DNA of 64,000 bases from Chloroflexota bacterium (GCA_964291655.2 OZ219802.1:2496001-2560000), one strand, 5' to 3'. Shown: positions 10,497 through 20,566, counted from the stretch's first letter. The notes: generated by a model from the letters alone, not told the origin. A program made the numbers and translations.

Positions 10497-10598
10497 GCCC
10501 GATGGCAAAGTCCTTTTTCGCATCCCGCTTTCACTCATACGGAGTGAGGACAAAGAAGCCGTACCCTCCGGCAATGAAGGAACGGCCGTCGCAAACTC

Positions 10599-11450
10599 TT
10601 AGAGCGTTGCGTGTTGCCTCACTGCTGCTTCCAACCGCGCCAGAGACTCCGCAGGCACGCAAATTGCGCCTAGTTCCGCTTGGGTTAGAATGCCGCCGCC
10701 GTGAAAGTCGCTGCCGCCGGTGGGGATCAAGTCGAAGCGCGCCGCCATGATCAGGATGTCGGCACGCTGCTCCGCCCCATATCCGGTGTAGTACGTTTCG
10801 ATGGCGTCGAGGCCGGCCTCTGCAAGCTCGGGTACGAGTTCATCCAAGTCCACCTGGTCCGCCCCTTCCACGTTATACGGATGCGCCAGCCCGGCGGCGG
10901 CCCCGGCGCGGTGAAGGAGCTCGACGGCTTCAACCGGCGTGAGCTTCGGTTGCTCCACGTAGGCCGGCATGCCGTGTCCAAGAAATTTGTCAAAGGCTTC
11001 GTTAGCATCGTTCACGTAGCCCTGAGCCAGCATGGCTTTGGCTATGTGTGGGCGTCCCACGGCGCCCCCGTCCGCATCTGCGAGGATTTCCTCCCATACG
11101 AGCGGCATTTCGAGCGCGGCCAGTTTTTCAACTATTTTCTGCGCGCGGTAGAGCCGCCCGTCGCGTTGCCGGGCAACGACTGCCTGCAACTCCGGGTGCT
11201 CCGTGTCCACGAAATAGCCGAGAATGTGCACGGACTGGCCGTGCCACATGGTGTTAAACTCTATCCCCGCGATCACGCGCACGCCGCAATTCTGTCCGGC
11301 CTCCTGCGCGGCGGCGACGCCATCAGTGCTGTCGTGGTCGGTGATGGCGATGCAGTCGAGCCCGGCTTCATGCGCCATGCCCACGAGTTCAGCAGGCGCG
11401 AACGCGCCATCGGAGGCGGTGGTGTGCAGGTGGAGATCAATGCCGGGCAT
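10599..11450 (-). CDS. PHP-domain phosphoesterase (TrpH/YciV-like)
   Basis: DLHLHTTASDG, AITDHD, HILGY, GRPHIA, LAHP, TGGSDFHG. Confidence 0.9.
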   Translation of the reverse strand: MPGIDLHLHTTASDGAFAPAELVGMAHEAGLDCIAITDHDSTDGVAAAQEAGQNCGVRVIAGIEFNTMWHGQSVHILGYFVDTEHPELQAVVARQRDGRLYRAQKIVEKLAALEMPLVWEEILADADGGAVGRPHIAKAMLAQGYVNDANEAFDKFLGHGMPAYVEQPKLTPVEAVELLHRAGAAAGLAHPYNVEGADQVDLDELVPELAEAGLDAIETYYTGYGAEQRADILIMAARFDLIPTGGSDFHGGGILTQAELGAICVPAESLARLEAAVRQHATL

Positions 11451-11574
11451 GAGCCGCAACAGAGATGCTTGATAGGTGTGAAGTCATTGTGTGGCGCTGC
11501 TCAGTCATACTTTCCCTATAATACACTACGGCCTGCCGCCAAAGTATGTGCATATGCAGAGAGGTTTTCGCGCG

Positions 11575-12225
11575 ATGTCGGAGTTTTGGGAGGAGCGCTA
11601 TGCTGCTGAAGGCGCCATTTGGGGTGACCGGCCTAGCAAGTCGGTAGAGCGTGCCCACGCGCTATTTGGGCAGCATGGCAGCCAAACCCTTCTGATCCCC
11701 GGCAGCGGCTATGGGCGTAACGCCCAATTCTTCGCGGACACTGGCTATGACGTGACGGGCATTGAGGTATCCGAGACCGCCCTCGCTATCGCACAGTCCC
11801 AAAGTCCCGGCTGCCGCTACACTCACGCCTCCGTTTTGGATGATGTCCTGACTGGCGAGACTTTTGACGGCATTTACTGCTTCAACGTCCTCCACCTCTT
11901 TCTGGCCGCGGAACGGCGAGATATGATCCGCCGCTGCCAGCGCTGGTTGCGTCCGGGTGGCTTGGCTTTCTTTATGGTCTTCTCGGAGAAAGAGGCAACG
12001 TACGGAAAAGGCAAAGCAGTCGAACCGGAGACATTCGAGACCCGTCCCGGACGGCCCGCGCACTATTTCACTGATGGAGATCTCCGTGCACACTTTGCCG
12101 ATTACTTGATCCTTGAAACTGATTTGATTGCGGACCCGGAAGACCACAGCCCGGAAGGTCCGCATGTGCACGAACTGCGCTACATCTGTGGTATGAAGCC
12201 GCAGCGGGACACTGGGCGGAGGTAA
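11575..12225 (+). CDS. Class I SAM-dependent methyltransferase
   Basis: MSEFWEERY start; LIPGSGYGRNA motif I; VTGIE; L.PGG. Confidence 0.85.
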   Translation: MSEFWEERYAAEGAIWGDRPSKSVERAHALFGQHGSQTLLIPGSGYGRNAQFFADTGYDVTGIEVSETALAIAQSQSPGCRYTHASVLDDVLTGETFDGIYCFNVLHLFLAAERRDMIRRCQRWLRPGGLAFFMVFSEKEATYGKGKAVEPETFETRPGRPAHYFTDGDLRAHFADYLILETDLIADPEDHSPEGPHVHELRYICGMKPQRDTGRR

Positions 12226-12484
12226 GGCAAGCGCAAAGTCCTGCAGCCAGTCCGTTGGCGAGCCCCGCTGACCCAAGCGGGTTCACACCAGTACCTTCTG
12301 GGACAGATTCGTAGGCGGGCTTCTTTCGTTTCGCATTCTGTGCCACGGCTCGCGGTAGGGCAGGCGACAGTTTCGGGTGACTCAGTCGTCTCGTCTGGAG
12401 GCTATGGCAGACTCGCCCTATAGAGCCCATTGAAAGAAGGGAAAAGGTTGTCAAGCGCTTGTCTCCACGGCAAGCTCTTGCGCA

Positions 12485-14299
12485 TTAGCAGAACGGCAGG
12501 CCCAACTCTTCGAAGTCGTTGTAACGTAAGTCACTCAGCACGTCTGGTACGCAACCGCTGAGGTCGTTGCCAGAGAGGCGCAGCCGCACCAGGTTGGACA
12601 GTTGGCCCAGCTCGGGTGGGACCGCTCCACTCAAATGGTTTTCCTCGAGATCCAGCCATGTCAGGTTGGAAAGGTGGCCGAGTTCACTGGGCATCTCTCC
12701 GCTCAACTGGTTTCTATCGAGACCCAGCCGTTTCAGGTTGGCGAGTTGGCCTAGTTCAGCCGGAATCACTCCGCTCAGTTCATTGCGGGAGAGCATCAAC
12801 TCTTCTAAGTTTGCGAGTTGGCCCAGTTCAGCCGGTATCGCTCCGCTCAATTCGTTGCGAGAAAGAGTTAACTCCGCCAAGTTGGCGAGTCGGCCTAATT
12901 CAGCCGGTATGTCACCACTCAGGTTGTTGTCTGAGAGGAGCAGGTCTGTCAGATTGGCGAGTTGGCCTAGTTCAGCCGGTACCACTCCACTCAATTCGTT
13001 GCGAGTGAGGGTCAGCTCCACCAAATTAGAAAGTTGGCCCAGATCAGCAGGTATCGCTCCGCTTAAGTCGTTGCTATCGAGGGTCAGAATTACCAGGTTG
13101 GCGAGTTGGCCTAGTTCAGCCGGTATTGCTCCACTCAGCTTGTTGCGAGAGAGGGTTAACTCCATTAAGTTAGAGAGCTGGCCCAGTTCAGCGGTTATCG
13201 CTCCGCTCAAGTCGTTGCTTACAAGGGTCAGAATTACCAGGTTGGAGAGCTGGCCCAGTTCCGCCGGTATCTCCCCGCTCAGATCGTTGGATTCGAGATA
13301 CAACTCCCTCAGATTGGAGAGTTGACCTAGCTCAGCCGGAATCTCCCCGCTTAACTCGTTGTCAGTGAGATGCAGCCCTTCCAGGTTGGAGAGTTGACCC
13401 AACTCAGCCGGCATCACTCCACTCAGACCGTTTTCTTCGAGGTCCAAGCCCACCAGATTGGAGAGTTGGCCTAGTCCAGCCGGAATCTCCCCGCTTAAGT
13501 CGTTGCGCGCGAGGTGCAGGCGGGTCAAGTTGGAGAGTTGGCCCAGTGCGGCCGGAATTTCTCCGCTCAAGTCATTGTCGGAGAGGAGCAGTTCCTTCAG
13601 ATTGGTGAGTTGGCCCAGTTCGACCGGAATCTCCCCGCTTAACTCGTTGTCAGTGAGATTCAGTTCCTCTAGGTCGGAGAGTTTACTCAACTCGGCCGGA
13701 ATCTCTCCGCGAATCGGATTTGCATAGGCAACGCTGTGCCAGAAATCCCTGTGCAGGAACAGACGTTTCAGTTTTGAGAGTTGACCCAGTTCAGCCGGTA
13801 TCTCGCCGCCCACCCGGTTATTCTGGAGTCGCAACTCGGTTACACGCCCGAGGTCGTCTGTAATAACGCCGTACCATTCGCTCAGAGGCTTGTCGCTCAG
13901 CCAATTGTCGTTGTTTACCCAATCGGGGCCGTCTGTGGCGTTGTAGAGAGCAACCAGCACTTTTCTGTCCGGCTCAGAGGAAACCTGGTTGGGCACAGCG
14001 GTAGCAGTGGGCGCAGGCTCGGCCGTAGCCGTGGGTTCAGGCATAGCGGTAGCAGTGGGGACGGGCGTTGCCGTAGCTTCCGGTGTTGCCGCAGTCGTTG
14101 GCGTTGGTACAGGGGAGGGTTCGAGCGTTGCAGTTGCAGTGGGTTCGCGCGTGGCCGCGCCCTTTTCCGTTGCGGGTGGGGACGCAACCGGGTCAGCGGT
14201 GGGCGATTCCGAAGGCTCGTCCCCGCCGCAGGCCAGGAGAGCCAAAGACAGCCCCATCACAAGGGCAAGTACAGCGAGCCACTTGGTCATCCGCCCCAT
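12485..14299 (-). CDS. Lipoprotein with Pro/Thr-rich stalk and ~18 plant-type 24-aa leucine-rich repeats
   Basis: Lipobox LLAC; LVALYNATDGPDW..NDNWL N-cap; LxxLxLxxNxLSGxIPAELGQ repeats; C-cap GCVP...LPFC. Confidence 0.9.
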   Translation of the reverse strand: MGRMTKWLAVLALVMGLSLALLACGGDEPSESPTADPVASPPATEKGAATREPTATATLEPSPVPTPTTAATPEATATPVPTATAMPEPTATAEPAPTATAVPNQVSSEPDRKVLVALYNATDGPDWVNNDNWLSDKPLSEWYGVITDDLGRVTELRLQNNRVGGEIPAELGQLSKLKRLFLHRDFWHSVAYANPIRGEIPAELSKLSDLEELNLTDNELSGEIPVELGQLTNLKELLLSDNDLSGEIPAALGQLSNLTRLHLARNDLSGEIPAGLGQLSNLVGLDLEENGLSGVMPAELGQLSNLEGLHLTDNELSGEIPAELGQLSNLRELYLESNDLSGEIPAELGQLSNLVILTLVSNDLSGAITAELGQLSNLMELTLSRNKLSGAIPAELGQLANLVILTLDSNDLSGAIPADLGQLSNLVELTLTRNELSGVVPAELGQLANLTDLLLSDNNLSGDIPAELGRLANLAELTLSRNELSGAIPAELGQLANLEELMLSRNELSGVIPAELGQLANLKRLGLDRNQLSGEMPSELGHLSNLTWLDLEENHLSGAVPPELGQLSNLVRLRLSGNDLSGCVPDVLSDLRYNDFEELGLPFC

Positions 14300-14479
14300 T
14301 TGTGCATCTCCGATCTTGAGGACGACCTGCGGGTCAGTTCCTCCTACTTCCGTTGCGTCGCCTCAGCCCTGCGTCGTCCTACGCACAGGGGGCCACATGC
14401 TAACCCTGAAACCGGATGGTTCAGGAGCGGGTCACCAGAAACCTGTAGCCGCGAGGGAGCGCGCGCGCTCCGTCCACTG

Positions 14480-15277
14480 TCAATTGCAGACATTGACGTC
14501 GCGCTCCAACTCAGCTTCGAGTTGCTCCTCAAGCGCCAGGCACGCCTGCCCAGCCTGTTCCGTTAGGTCTTCGCTCTTCTGCTGGACATCGGGGTCTAGC
14601 GGACCAGACTCCAGGGAGTTTATTATGTCCTGGAAGTTGGCAAAATCTTCAAGGCTCTTGATCTCCGTGTCGGTATTCTTCACAGTATCCACATACTCCT
14701 GGATGAATTGCAGTAATGCCCGGTATGCTGCAATGAAGTTGCCGTGGAGGTCGGATAGGTGTTCCGGAGGTCTCAAGCCTGCCACTTCGTCGAGATATTC
14801 ATGGGAAACCCCCAGGATGACGTCATAGAAGCCTATGGTCGCCTGCAGAAGCATTCTTGCGAACTCGCTCACAAACTCAAAGTCCTCCTCCGACCAGGAT
14901 TCGCTGGTTTCAAGCGAGGACACTCGCTCGATCATGTCATTAGGAATGCTGGAAGCGAAGGCCTCGAACGCAGCTTCAATCTCATCATCACCTTCTTCTT
15001 CCAGGCCGGAAGTGGCTTCCTCCAGGGCTTCCGCGTACTCCTGCGTCGTGAGTTCCACGCCCTCCTGCACTTGAGTAACCGGCGTGGGCGTTTCCACCAC
15101 AGCAGGAGTGGGAGTAGCCACTGCAGCAGGGATGGGTGTATCCACTGCAGTGGGAGCGACCGCGACCGTGGACGCCGCAGCAGGCGTGGCCGCGGGACTT
15201 GGATCATCGGAACATCCGATGAGCAGCAGCGCCAAAAGCATCGCTCCCAGCGCAACTAGAGCTTTGAGTATTGGCAA
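14480..15277 (-). CDS. Acidic helical lipoprotein of unknown function
   Basis: TTG start after GGAGAG; lipobox LIGC; Pro/Thr linker; L.PPEHL..LH motif; C-terminal Cys pair. Confidence 0.7.
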   Translation of the reverse strand: MPILKALVALGAMLLALLLIGCSDDPSPAATPAAASTVAVAPTAVDTPIPAAVATPTPAVVETPTPVTQVQEGVELTTQEYAEALEEATSGLEEEGDDEIEAAFEAFASSIPNDMIERVSSLETSESWSEEDFEFVSEFARMLLQATIGFYDVILGVSHEYLDEVAGLRPPEHLSDLHGNFIAAYRALLQFIQEYVDTVKNTDTEIKSLEDFANFQDIINSLESGPLDPDVQQKSEDLTEQAGQACLALEEQLEAELERDVNVCN

Positions 15278-15989
15278 TTTGCTCTCTCCGCTGCAAGGTC
15301 GTATCGACCAGGTTGTGTTGAATCCCCTAGAGTGACTGGCACATATCTCCCGCACTTTGGGCAAATCGCAGCGATTATACGATCATGTGTGCGGCCGGTG
15401 TGAGTCTTCTAAGCTATTGAGAGATAGTCTCTAATGTTGGACCATTAGAGACATACCCTATCTATAGTACGTTAGAGTGGTGAGAATCGTACACTCAAGC
15501 GATGAGTGCTGTCAAATTTATACCCTGCAGCAACGACGAGTCAGATTACATGACGATACCGATTAAAGGGCTGAACGCATAGAGCGCCGAGATAGCGGAA
15601 ATATCACCTGGATGGAGTGGGACTGCCAGGGAAGAAGCTTTGTCCTCCCAGGCCACAGAATTGCAAGGGGAAGGAAAGGTGACTCTTGCTCAAAGTCCAG
15701 GTTACGCGAAGGTCTCCTCACACTGGAGTGAGGGTTTTGAGACCTATCTTAGTCGGTCCTCATCGAGCCGATTCATAAGATAGCTTCTCGTAGGCGTTCA
15801 AATCTCTGGAGTCTATGTTTGCTGAAGACTCGCTGCCTAATTCCGACGCTACCCTAGAGCCCAAGAGCGGGGGACAAGCCCCCGCGCTACAGGAGATCTA
15901 GGGGACTTGGGTTGCATGCGGCTGGAATACGTACCTCTTGCCCTGACCTTGCATGTGCAGTCTCGCACCCCATCAACCCAGATTGACCG

Positions 15990-16760
15990 TTAGTCGCGCC
16001 GGACGGGGACACCTTCCAACAGGCCGGCTTGGTGCATAGACTTCCACTCGCCCATGAAGGTCTCGTTCCACGTGTCGGTGAGGGGGTGCTCCAGCATCTC
16101 CTGGAAGATAGGCCAGAAGATGATGATGCCGTCGGCGCCGTCGCGGAGGGCGGCGTAGGCGGTGTCGACGCTCCGGACAAGAGCGGCGGTGACGAAGGGA
16201 CGGTTTTCCCAGCCTGCGAACATGCGCACGCACTCACGGACGAGTTTGGTCGGATCGCCGCCCATCTGCTTCACCGGCTCGCAGAAGGGGAGCACGTGCG
16301 TAGCGCCCGCCTGAGCGACGACGGCGGCTTGGGGCAACGAGAAGACGGTCGTGCAATAAGTCTCGATGCCCTCCTCCGCCAAGTGCCGAAAGGCTCCCAA
16401 CCCATGTACAGTACAGGGAATCTTGATGATAATCTGATCGGACATGCGCGTAAAGAAGTGGCTGACATCGAGCAGTTCGTCCGTCGAGTGGCCGTCCACC
16501 TCGACGACCACGGGCTTGTCGGTGATGTCGAGATAACGCTGCACGACGTCCGTGATCTGACCGTATTTCTTCACCATGTCGTTGAGGACGACCGTGTTCG
16601 TGACGATACCGGCGGCGCCGCGATCCATCCAGGGCTTGAGGTCCGCGGGATCTCCCGCCAGCCAGATGGCGGGGCCTCTGCCCACCCGCCGGGCTTGCAT
16701 CACGGGCCCGGTTACCACCGGCTCCACAGCGAACGAACTGGTCTTGGAATTGGTTCCCAT
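15990..16760 (-). CDS. Divergent transaldolase / fructose-6-phosphate aldolase family protein
   Basis: GIVTN, V.VEV, IIIKIP.T (Schiff-base Lys), T.VFS..QA...A.AGA, HPLTD; RBS GGAGG before ATG 16760. Confidence 0.85.
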   Translation of the reverse strand: MGTNSKTSSFAVEPVVTGPVMQARRVGRGPAIWLAGDPADLKPWMDRGAAGIVTNTVVLNDMVKKYGQITDVVQRYLDITDKPVVVEVDGHSTDELLDVSHFFTRMSDQIIIKIPCTVHGLGAFRHLAEEGIETYCTTVFSLPQAAVVAQAGATHVLPFCEPVKQMGGDPTKLVRECVRMFAGWENRPFVTAALVRSVDTAYAALRDGADGIIIFWPIFQEMLEHPLTDTWNETFMGEWKSMHQAGLLEGVPVRRD

Positions 16761-16825
16761 GCTGCGCCTCCAGCGTGTCCTAGTGCGATTGTGCTCAGTT
16801 TTCCCAAAGTATGACACATTTGGGT

Positions 16826-17602
16826 TTAGCCGCTTAGCTTCACGTGAATGACTGTGGTACGGCCTTTCTTCTTTTCCTCTCTTACTTCGATGACCTTGGG
16901 AAACTTGCGAACGAGGGTCGAAAGTTGGCTCTCTCCGTAGGTTCGAGGGTCAAAGCCTGGATCAAGTTGCCGCAAGTAGTGTCCCACCGCGCCAAGAAAG
17001 GCCCATCCGTCATCCTGACGAGTCATCTTTATTGCCTTAACGAGTAGCTTTTGCGCGGCGGAGGACTTGCTACCCGTTGTTGCCGTAGATGGCTTTTTCT
17101 CTTTCGTTTTGTCGTCCGGAGGCTTCGAAACCTTCTTTGAGGGTTCCGCTATCTCGAGGTTCTCTGTGTAAATGAACGTTTCACAGGCATTGACGAAGGC
17201 TGGCGGCGTCTCGCTTCTTCCAATGCCCATGACGAAGAACCCTTTCTCTCTCGCACGCGTAGCCAAGCGTGTGTAATCCGAATCTGACGATACGATGCAC
17301 AATCCCTCAACTATGCCGTCGGCGAGAATGTCCATGGCGTCGATGATCAGCGCGCTATCTGTCGCATTCTTGCCCTTCGTGTAGGCAAATTGCTGAATTG
17401 GCTGTATAGCATATGTCTGCAACGCGTCCTTCCAGCCTTTCATATTGGACTTTGTCCAGTCACCGTAGATTCTCCTAATAGGTACAACACCAAACTTGTA
17501 CACTTCAGTCAGGAGGACCTCCAATAGAGACGGCTGGGCGTTGTCACCGTCTATCAAGAGGGCGATACGCCTATCGCTGTTTGTTGGGAGATCAGTTTCC
17601 AC
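16826..17602 (-). CDS. NYN (LabA/DUF88) domain protein with C-terminal LOTUS/OST-HTH
   Basis: IALLIDGDNA, RIYGDW, GKNATD..LIIDAMD, SSDSDYT.L; C-terminal GW..LG.VG.YL...DPGFDPRTYG. Confidence 0.9.
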   Translation of the reverse strand: METDLPTNSDRRIALLIDGDNAQPSLLEVLLTEVYKFGVVPIRRIYGDWTKSNMKGWKDALQTYAIQPIQQFAYTKGKNATDSALIIDAMDILADGIVEGLCIVSSDSDYTRLATRAREKGFFVMGIGRSETPPAFVNACETFIYTENLEIAEPSKKVSKPPDDKTKEKKPSTATTGSKSSAAQKLLVKAIKMTRQDDGWAFLGAVGHYLRQLDPGFDPRTYGESQLSTLVRKFPKVIEVREEKKKGRTTVIHVKLSG

Positions 17603-17732
17603 GCTCTTTCCTCCCCGCAGTTAGAAATCAGAACGAAGCGAAGCCACATTCGTATTCCTTGTCGACGTAGAGATTGTTCGCTCTCAACTTGCCTAGAGTC
17701 CACTTACAGGTCGCAGTTGCTCCATTTGACGA

Positions 17733-18749
17733 CTATCGTCCTAGCATCTCCCGCAGCTTAGGGGCGATGCGCCTGGCAATCAGCTTCATACCGGCGTCGT
17801 CTGGGTGCACGCCGTCGGGAACAAGGGCCGCATCGTTGGGACCGATGATGGAGGAGCCGTCGATGAGGCGGATGTGCCTATCGCCGCCTGCTTGGCGTTG
17901 CGCGACCACCTCGTGCTCTGCCTCACGAAGCGCGGCCACTGTGACCCCCCGCGCGTCGGGCGTCGTATCCGTGAAGTCGCCGTGGCAACTGAGGATACTG
18001 ATGACCAGGATCGGCGTGGTTGGGTGCCCGATCCGCACGAGCTCGACGAAGTTGCGGAAGGTCTCGCGCCAGGCAGCGGTGTCGAGCCAGTACGAAACGC
18101 GCACGTTCACGCCCATGAGCAAGCTAAGCACGTCGAATTCCATGTCGGCGAGCATCATCGCCACGCCGGGCTCGCCCCGCGCCCAACCGCGAAAGCCGAG
18201 ATTGAGGGGCTCGACTCCCGCCAGACGCGCCGCCTGCGCCACGTACGTCAGGCCCGGGTCGGTCGCCGTGCGGCCTTGCGTAATTGAGTCTCCGTAGGCG
18301 GCCCAGACGTATGGCGCGGGGTCAACTGGAGAGAGCTTCGCGCCGTCTGGCACACCGAGCGCGATCGGCTCAAGGCGGGTAACGTAGGGCAAGTAGAGTG
18401 CATACGTCTGAGACCCCTCTCTTGGCAGCGGAAATTCGGCGCGGATCTCACCGCCCGGATTGCGTTGACTGTGGGTGGCAACAGGCGCGTCGTCCCGCCA
18501 AAGGCTGGTGAGGCCCTCTTCCTCCGGCTGATGGCCGGAATCCCAGGCGCGGAGCGTGACACTCGCTGCGGATGTGGAAAAGACGAGACGCACGCCGGCC
18601 GTGGAGAGAGCATGCTGCCACGCGCCCACAGGATAGCTGAGGGAATCCGCCGGAGCCAGTCGCGCGACTTTCACCCGCCCGGAGGCCACGTCCACAAACG
18701 GCGCGCCGCGCAGAAAGGGGAGCAGTTCTTCACCGGAATACCAGCGCAT
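17733..18749 (-). CDS. SGNH/GDSL hydrolase
   Basis: YGDSITQG, NLGF.G, G.N, DGVHP blocks. Confidence 0.85.
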   Translation of the reverse strand: MRWYSGEELLPFLRGAPFVDVASGRVKVARLAPADSLSYPVGAWQHALSTAGVRLVFSTSAASVTLRAWDSGHQPEEEGLTSLWRDDAPVATHSQRNPGGEIRAEFPLPREGSQTYALYLPYVTRLEPIALGVPDGAKLSPVDPAPYVWAAYGDSITQGRTATDPGLTYVAQAARLAGVEPLNLGFRGWARGEPGVAMMLADMEFDVLSLLMGVNVRVSYWLDTAAWRETFRNFVELVRIGHPTTPILVISILSCHGDFTDTTPDARGVTVAALREAEHEVVAQRQAGGDRHIRLIDGSSIIGPNDAALVPDGVHPDDAGMKLIARRIAPKLREMLGR

Positions 18750-18888
18750 TCGGATGTGTCCTTCTGATTACTCGGGGTGCGTTGCTCACTGGAGGACTTT
18801 AATTTCGACTGCACTCGCAATGCGCTGCGAAGCGGGTTGGGAGTGGAGGGCAGCCGGATGAACCCCCCACCCGTGCCCTCTCTCTAAG

Positions 18889-19027
18889 GAGACCCTTGCG
18901 TAACCCTTCACCTTTGAGTGGGAAGGTTGGGATGGGGTTGAGACGACTTGACATCATGCTATCTTTAGTTATGAAGGCGCGCTGGATTCCGGCTTTCGCC
19001 GGAATGACGGAATTACGCAATGGTCTC
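18889..19027. mobile_element. MITE-like cassette with 15-bp IS5-like terminal inverted repeats
   Basis: GAGACCCTTGCGTAA ... TTACGCAATGGTCTC (14/15 match) enclosing two REP hairpins; a lone similar end at 15702-15716. Confidence 0.6.
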
Positions 19028-19111
19028 TGCCGTGAGAGGGAGAAGTTCTTGCGCCTCCGGCCGGGGTTTCGCAAAATTCTCCCAAGGAGAGGAAATTCTC
19101 GCTTCAGCGTC

Positions 19112-20335
19112 TCACGTCCGGTAGTCGCTGTTGAAGATGACGTATTCGGTAGTGAGATCGCAGCCCCAGGCGGTGGAGGTGGCGTCGCCGTCCGCCAGAT
19201 CGAGGATGAACATCGATTGTTTCTTATCTAGGAGTGCGGAGGCAGCGTCCTCGTCGAAGTCCGTAGGCGTGCCGTTGTGAAAGAGGAGTATGTCTTCCAG
19301 CCAGAGCGATGACTTGTCGGGGTCGAAGTCCACGCCGCTGTAGCCCGCCGCGCACATGATACGCCCCCAATTCGGGTCGGAGCCGAGCACCGCGGTCTTT
19401 ACCAAGCTGGAGCTCGCCACACTGCGGCCTATAGTGCGGGCGGCGTCCAATGAGGCCGCACCGCGCACCTCAACGCCGAAGACCTTGGTGGCGCCTTCTG
19501 CATTGCGTACGATTTCCTTTGCGAGGAAAACCGCAACCGCGCGCAAGGCGCTCTCTAGAGCTGCGCCGGCCGCGCCGCCGTCGATTTCCGGTCCCCCGGC
19601 AGCGCCGTTTGCCAGCACCAGCACCGTATCGTTGGTGGAAGTATCGCCGTCCACGCTAATCATGTGGAAAGAATCATCCACGACCCGCTTCAGCGTCGCA
19701 TGCAGAAAGTCTCTGGCGACCGGGGCGTCTGTGGTGAGGTAGGCGAGCATGGTCGCCATGTTGGGATGGATCATGGCGGCGCCCTTGCACATGCCGCCCA
19801 CTGCATAGGTGGTGCCGTTGGCTTCAAACTGGGCCGCGGCTTCTTTGGGCCACTCATCAGTGGTCAACATGGCCGTTGCCGCTTCAAGGTGGCGCTCTTT
19901 GGCCGGCACAAGCCGGCTGATACCTTCCCGAACAGTTTCCATGGGCAGTTGGTGGCCGATCAGGCCGGTTGAGCAGACGAGAATGTCTTCGGCGTCCACT
20001 CCGACCTGAGCTGCCAGCAGTGCCGTCATTTCTCGAGCGTTCGCCATGCCCTGGTCGCCGGTGCAGGCGTTGGCATTGCCGCTGCAGTACACAATGCCGC
20101 GGGTCGTTCCGCGCTGCATGCGCTCCTGGTCGAGGAGCACTGGCGCGGCTTTCACCTTGTTCTTCGTGTAAACCCCGGCCACGGTCGCAGGACGTTCGGA
20201 GACCAGGCACCCCACGTCGCGTTTCTCGAGACTTGCATCGTACTCTTTGATGCCACAGAAGACACCGTCTGCGAGGAATCCGGCAGGGCGTGTCGCGCCC
20301 CCGGCAACCAGTCCTTCCGCGAGTTCTTCAGCCAT
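19112..20335 (-). CDS. argJ: Bifunctional ornithine acetyltransferase/N-acetylglutamate synthase
   Basis: SGNANACTG, STGLIG, KGAAMIHPNMATML, DGDTSTND, EGATK, DPNWGRI, WGCDLT. Confidence 0.95.
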   Translation of the reverse strand: MAEELAEGLVAGGATRPAGFLADGVFCGIKEYDASLEKRDVGCLVSERPATVAGVYTKNKVKAAPVLLDQERMQRGTTRGIVYCSGNANACTGDQGMANAREMTALLAAQVGVDAEDILVCSTGLIGHQLPMETVREGISRLVPAKERHLEAATAMLTTDEWPKEAAAQFEANGTTYAVGGMCKGAAMIHPNMATMLAYLTTDAPVARDFLHATLKRVVDDSFHMISVDGDTSTNDTVLVLANGAAGGPEIDGGAAGAALESALRAVAVFLAKEIVRNAEGATKVFGVEVRGAASLDAARTIGRSVASSSLVKTAVLGSDPNWGRIMCAAGYSGVDFDPDKSSLWLEDILLFHNGTPTDFDEDAASALLDKKQSMFILDLADGDATSTAWGCDLTTEYVIFNSDYRT

Positions 20336-20566
20336 TGAATTTTTTCCTTAGCTGTGTTTGCACGCCCATCCGGTCGTTTGCGCGTGGCGCTCTGGCCAGA
20401 GCCGGCTCGTGCACCGATTCACTCGTGCAGCGCATGCCGCTCTTGACTGCTTAAGACGTGGCGCCAGCGCATGCTGCGTACTGTGAGATTCCCTATGATG
20501 ATACACGAGACCGCCCAGGGTTGCGCGGCCGCTGGGTCTGCGAGCTGAATTCAAAGAAGTGGGATC

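Noticed and set aside
12230-12480. Possible ncRNA between convergent genes
   Set aside because: Only a short GC hairpin; no tRNA, SRP, tmRNA or riboswitch signature recognised
12567-14828. Long plus-strand ORFs (252, 261, 279 aa)
   Set aside because: Antisense shadows of the repetitive LRR and lipoprotein genes
15489-15512. CIRCE element
   Set aside because: Spacer is 7 nt not 9, outer arms do not match TTAG/CTAA, and no chaperone gene is adjacent
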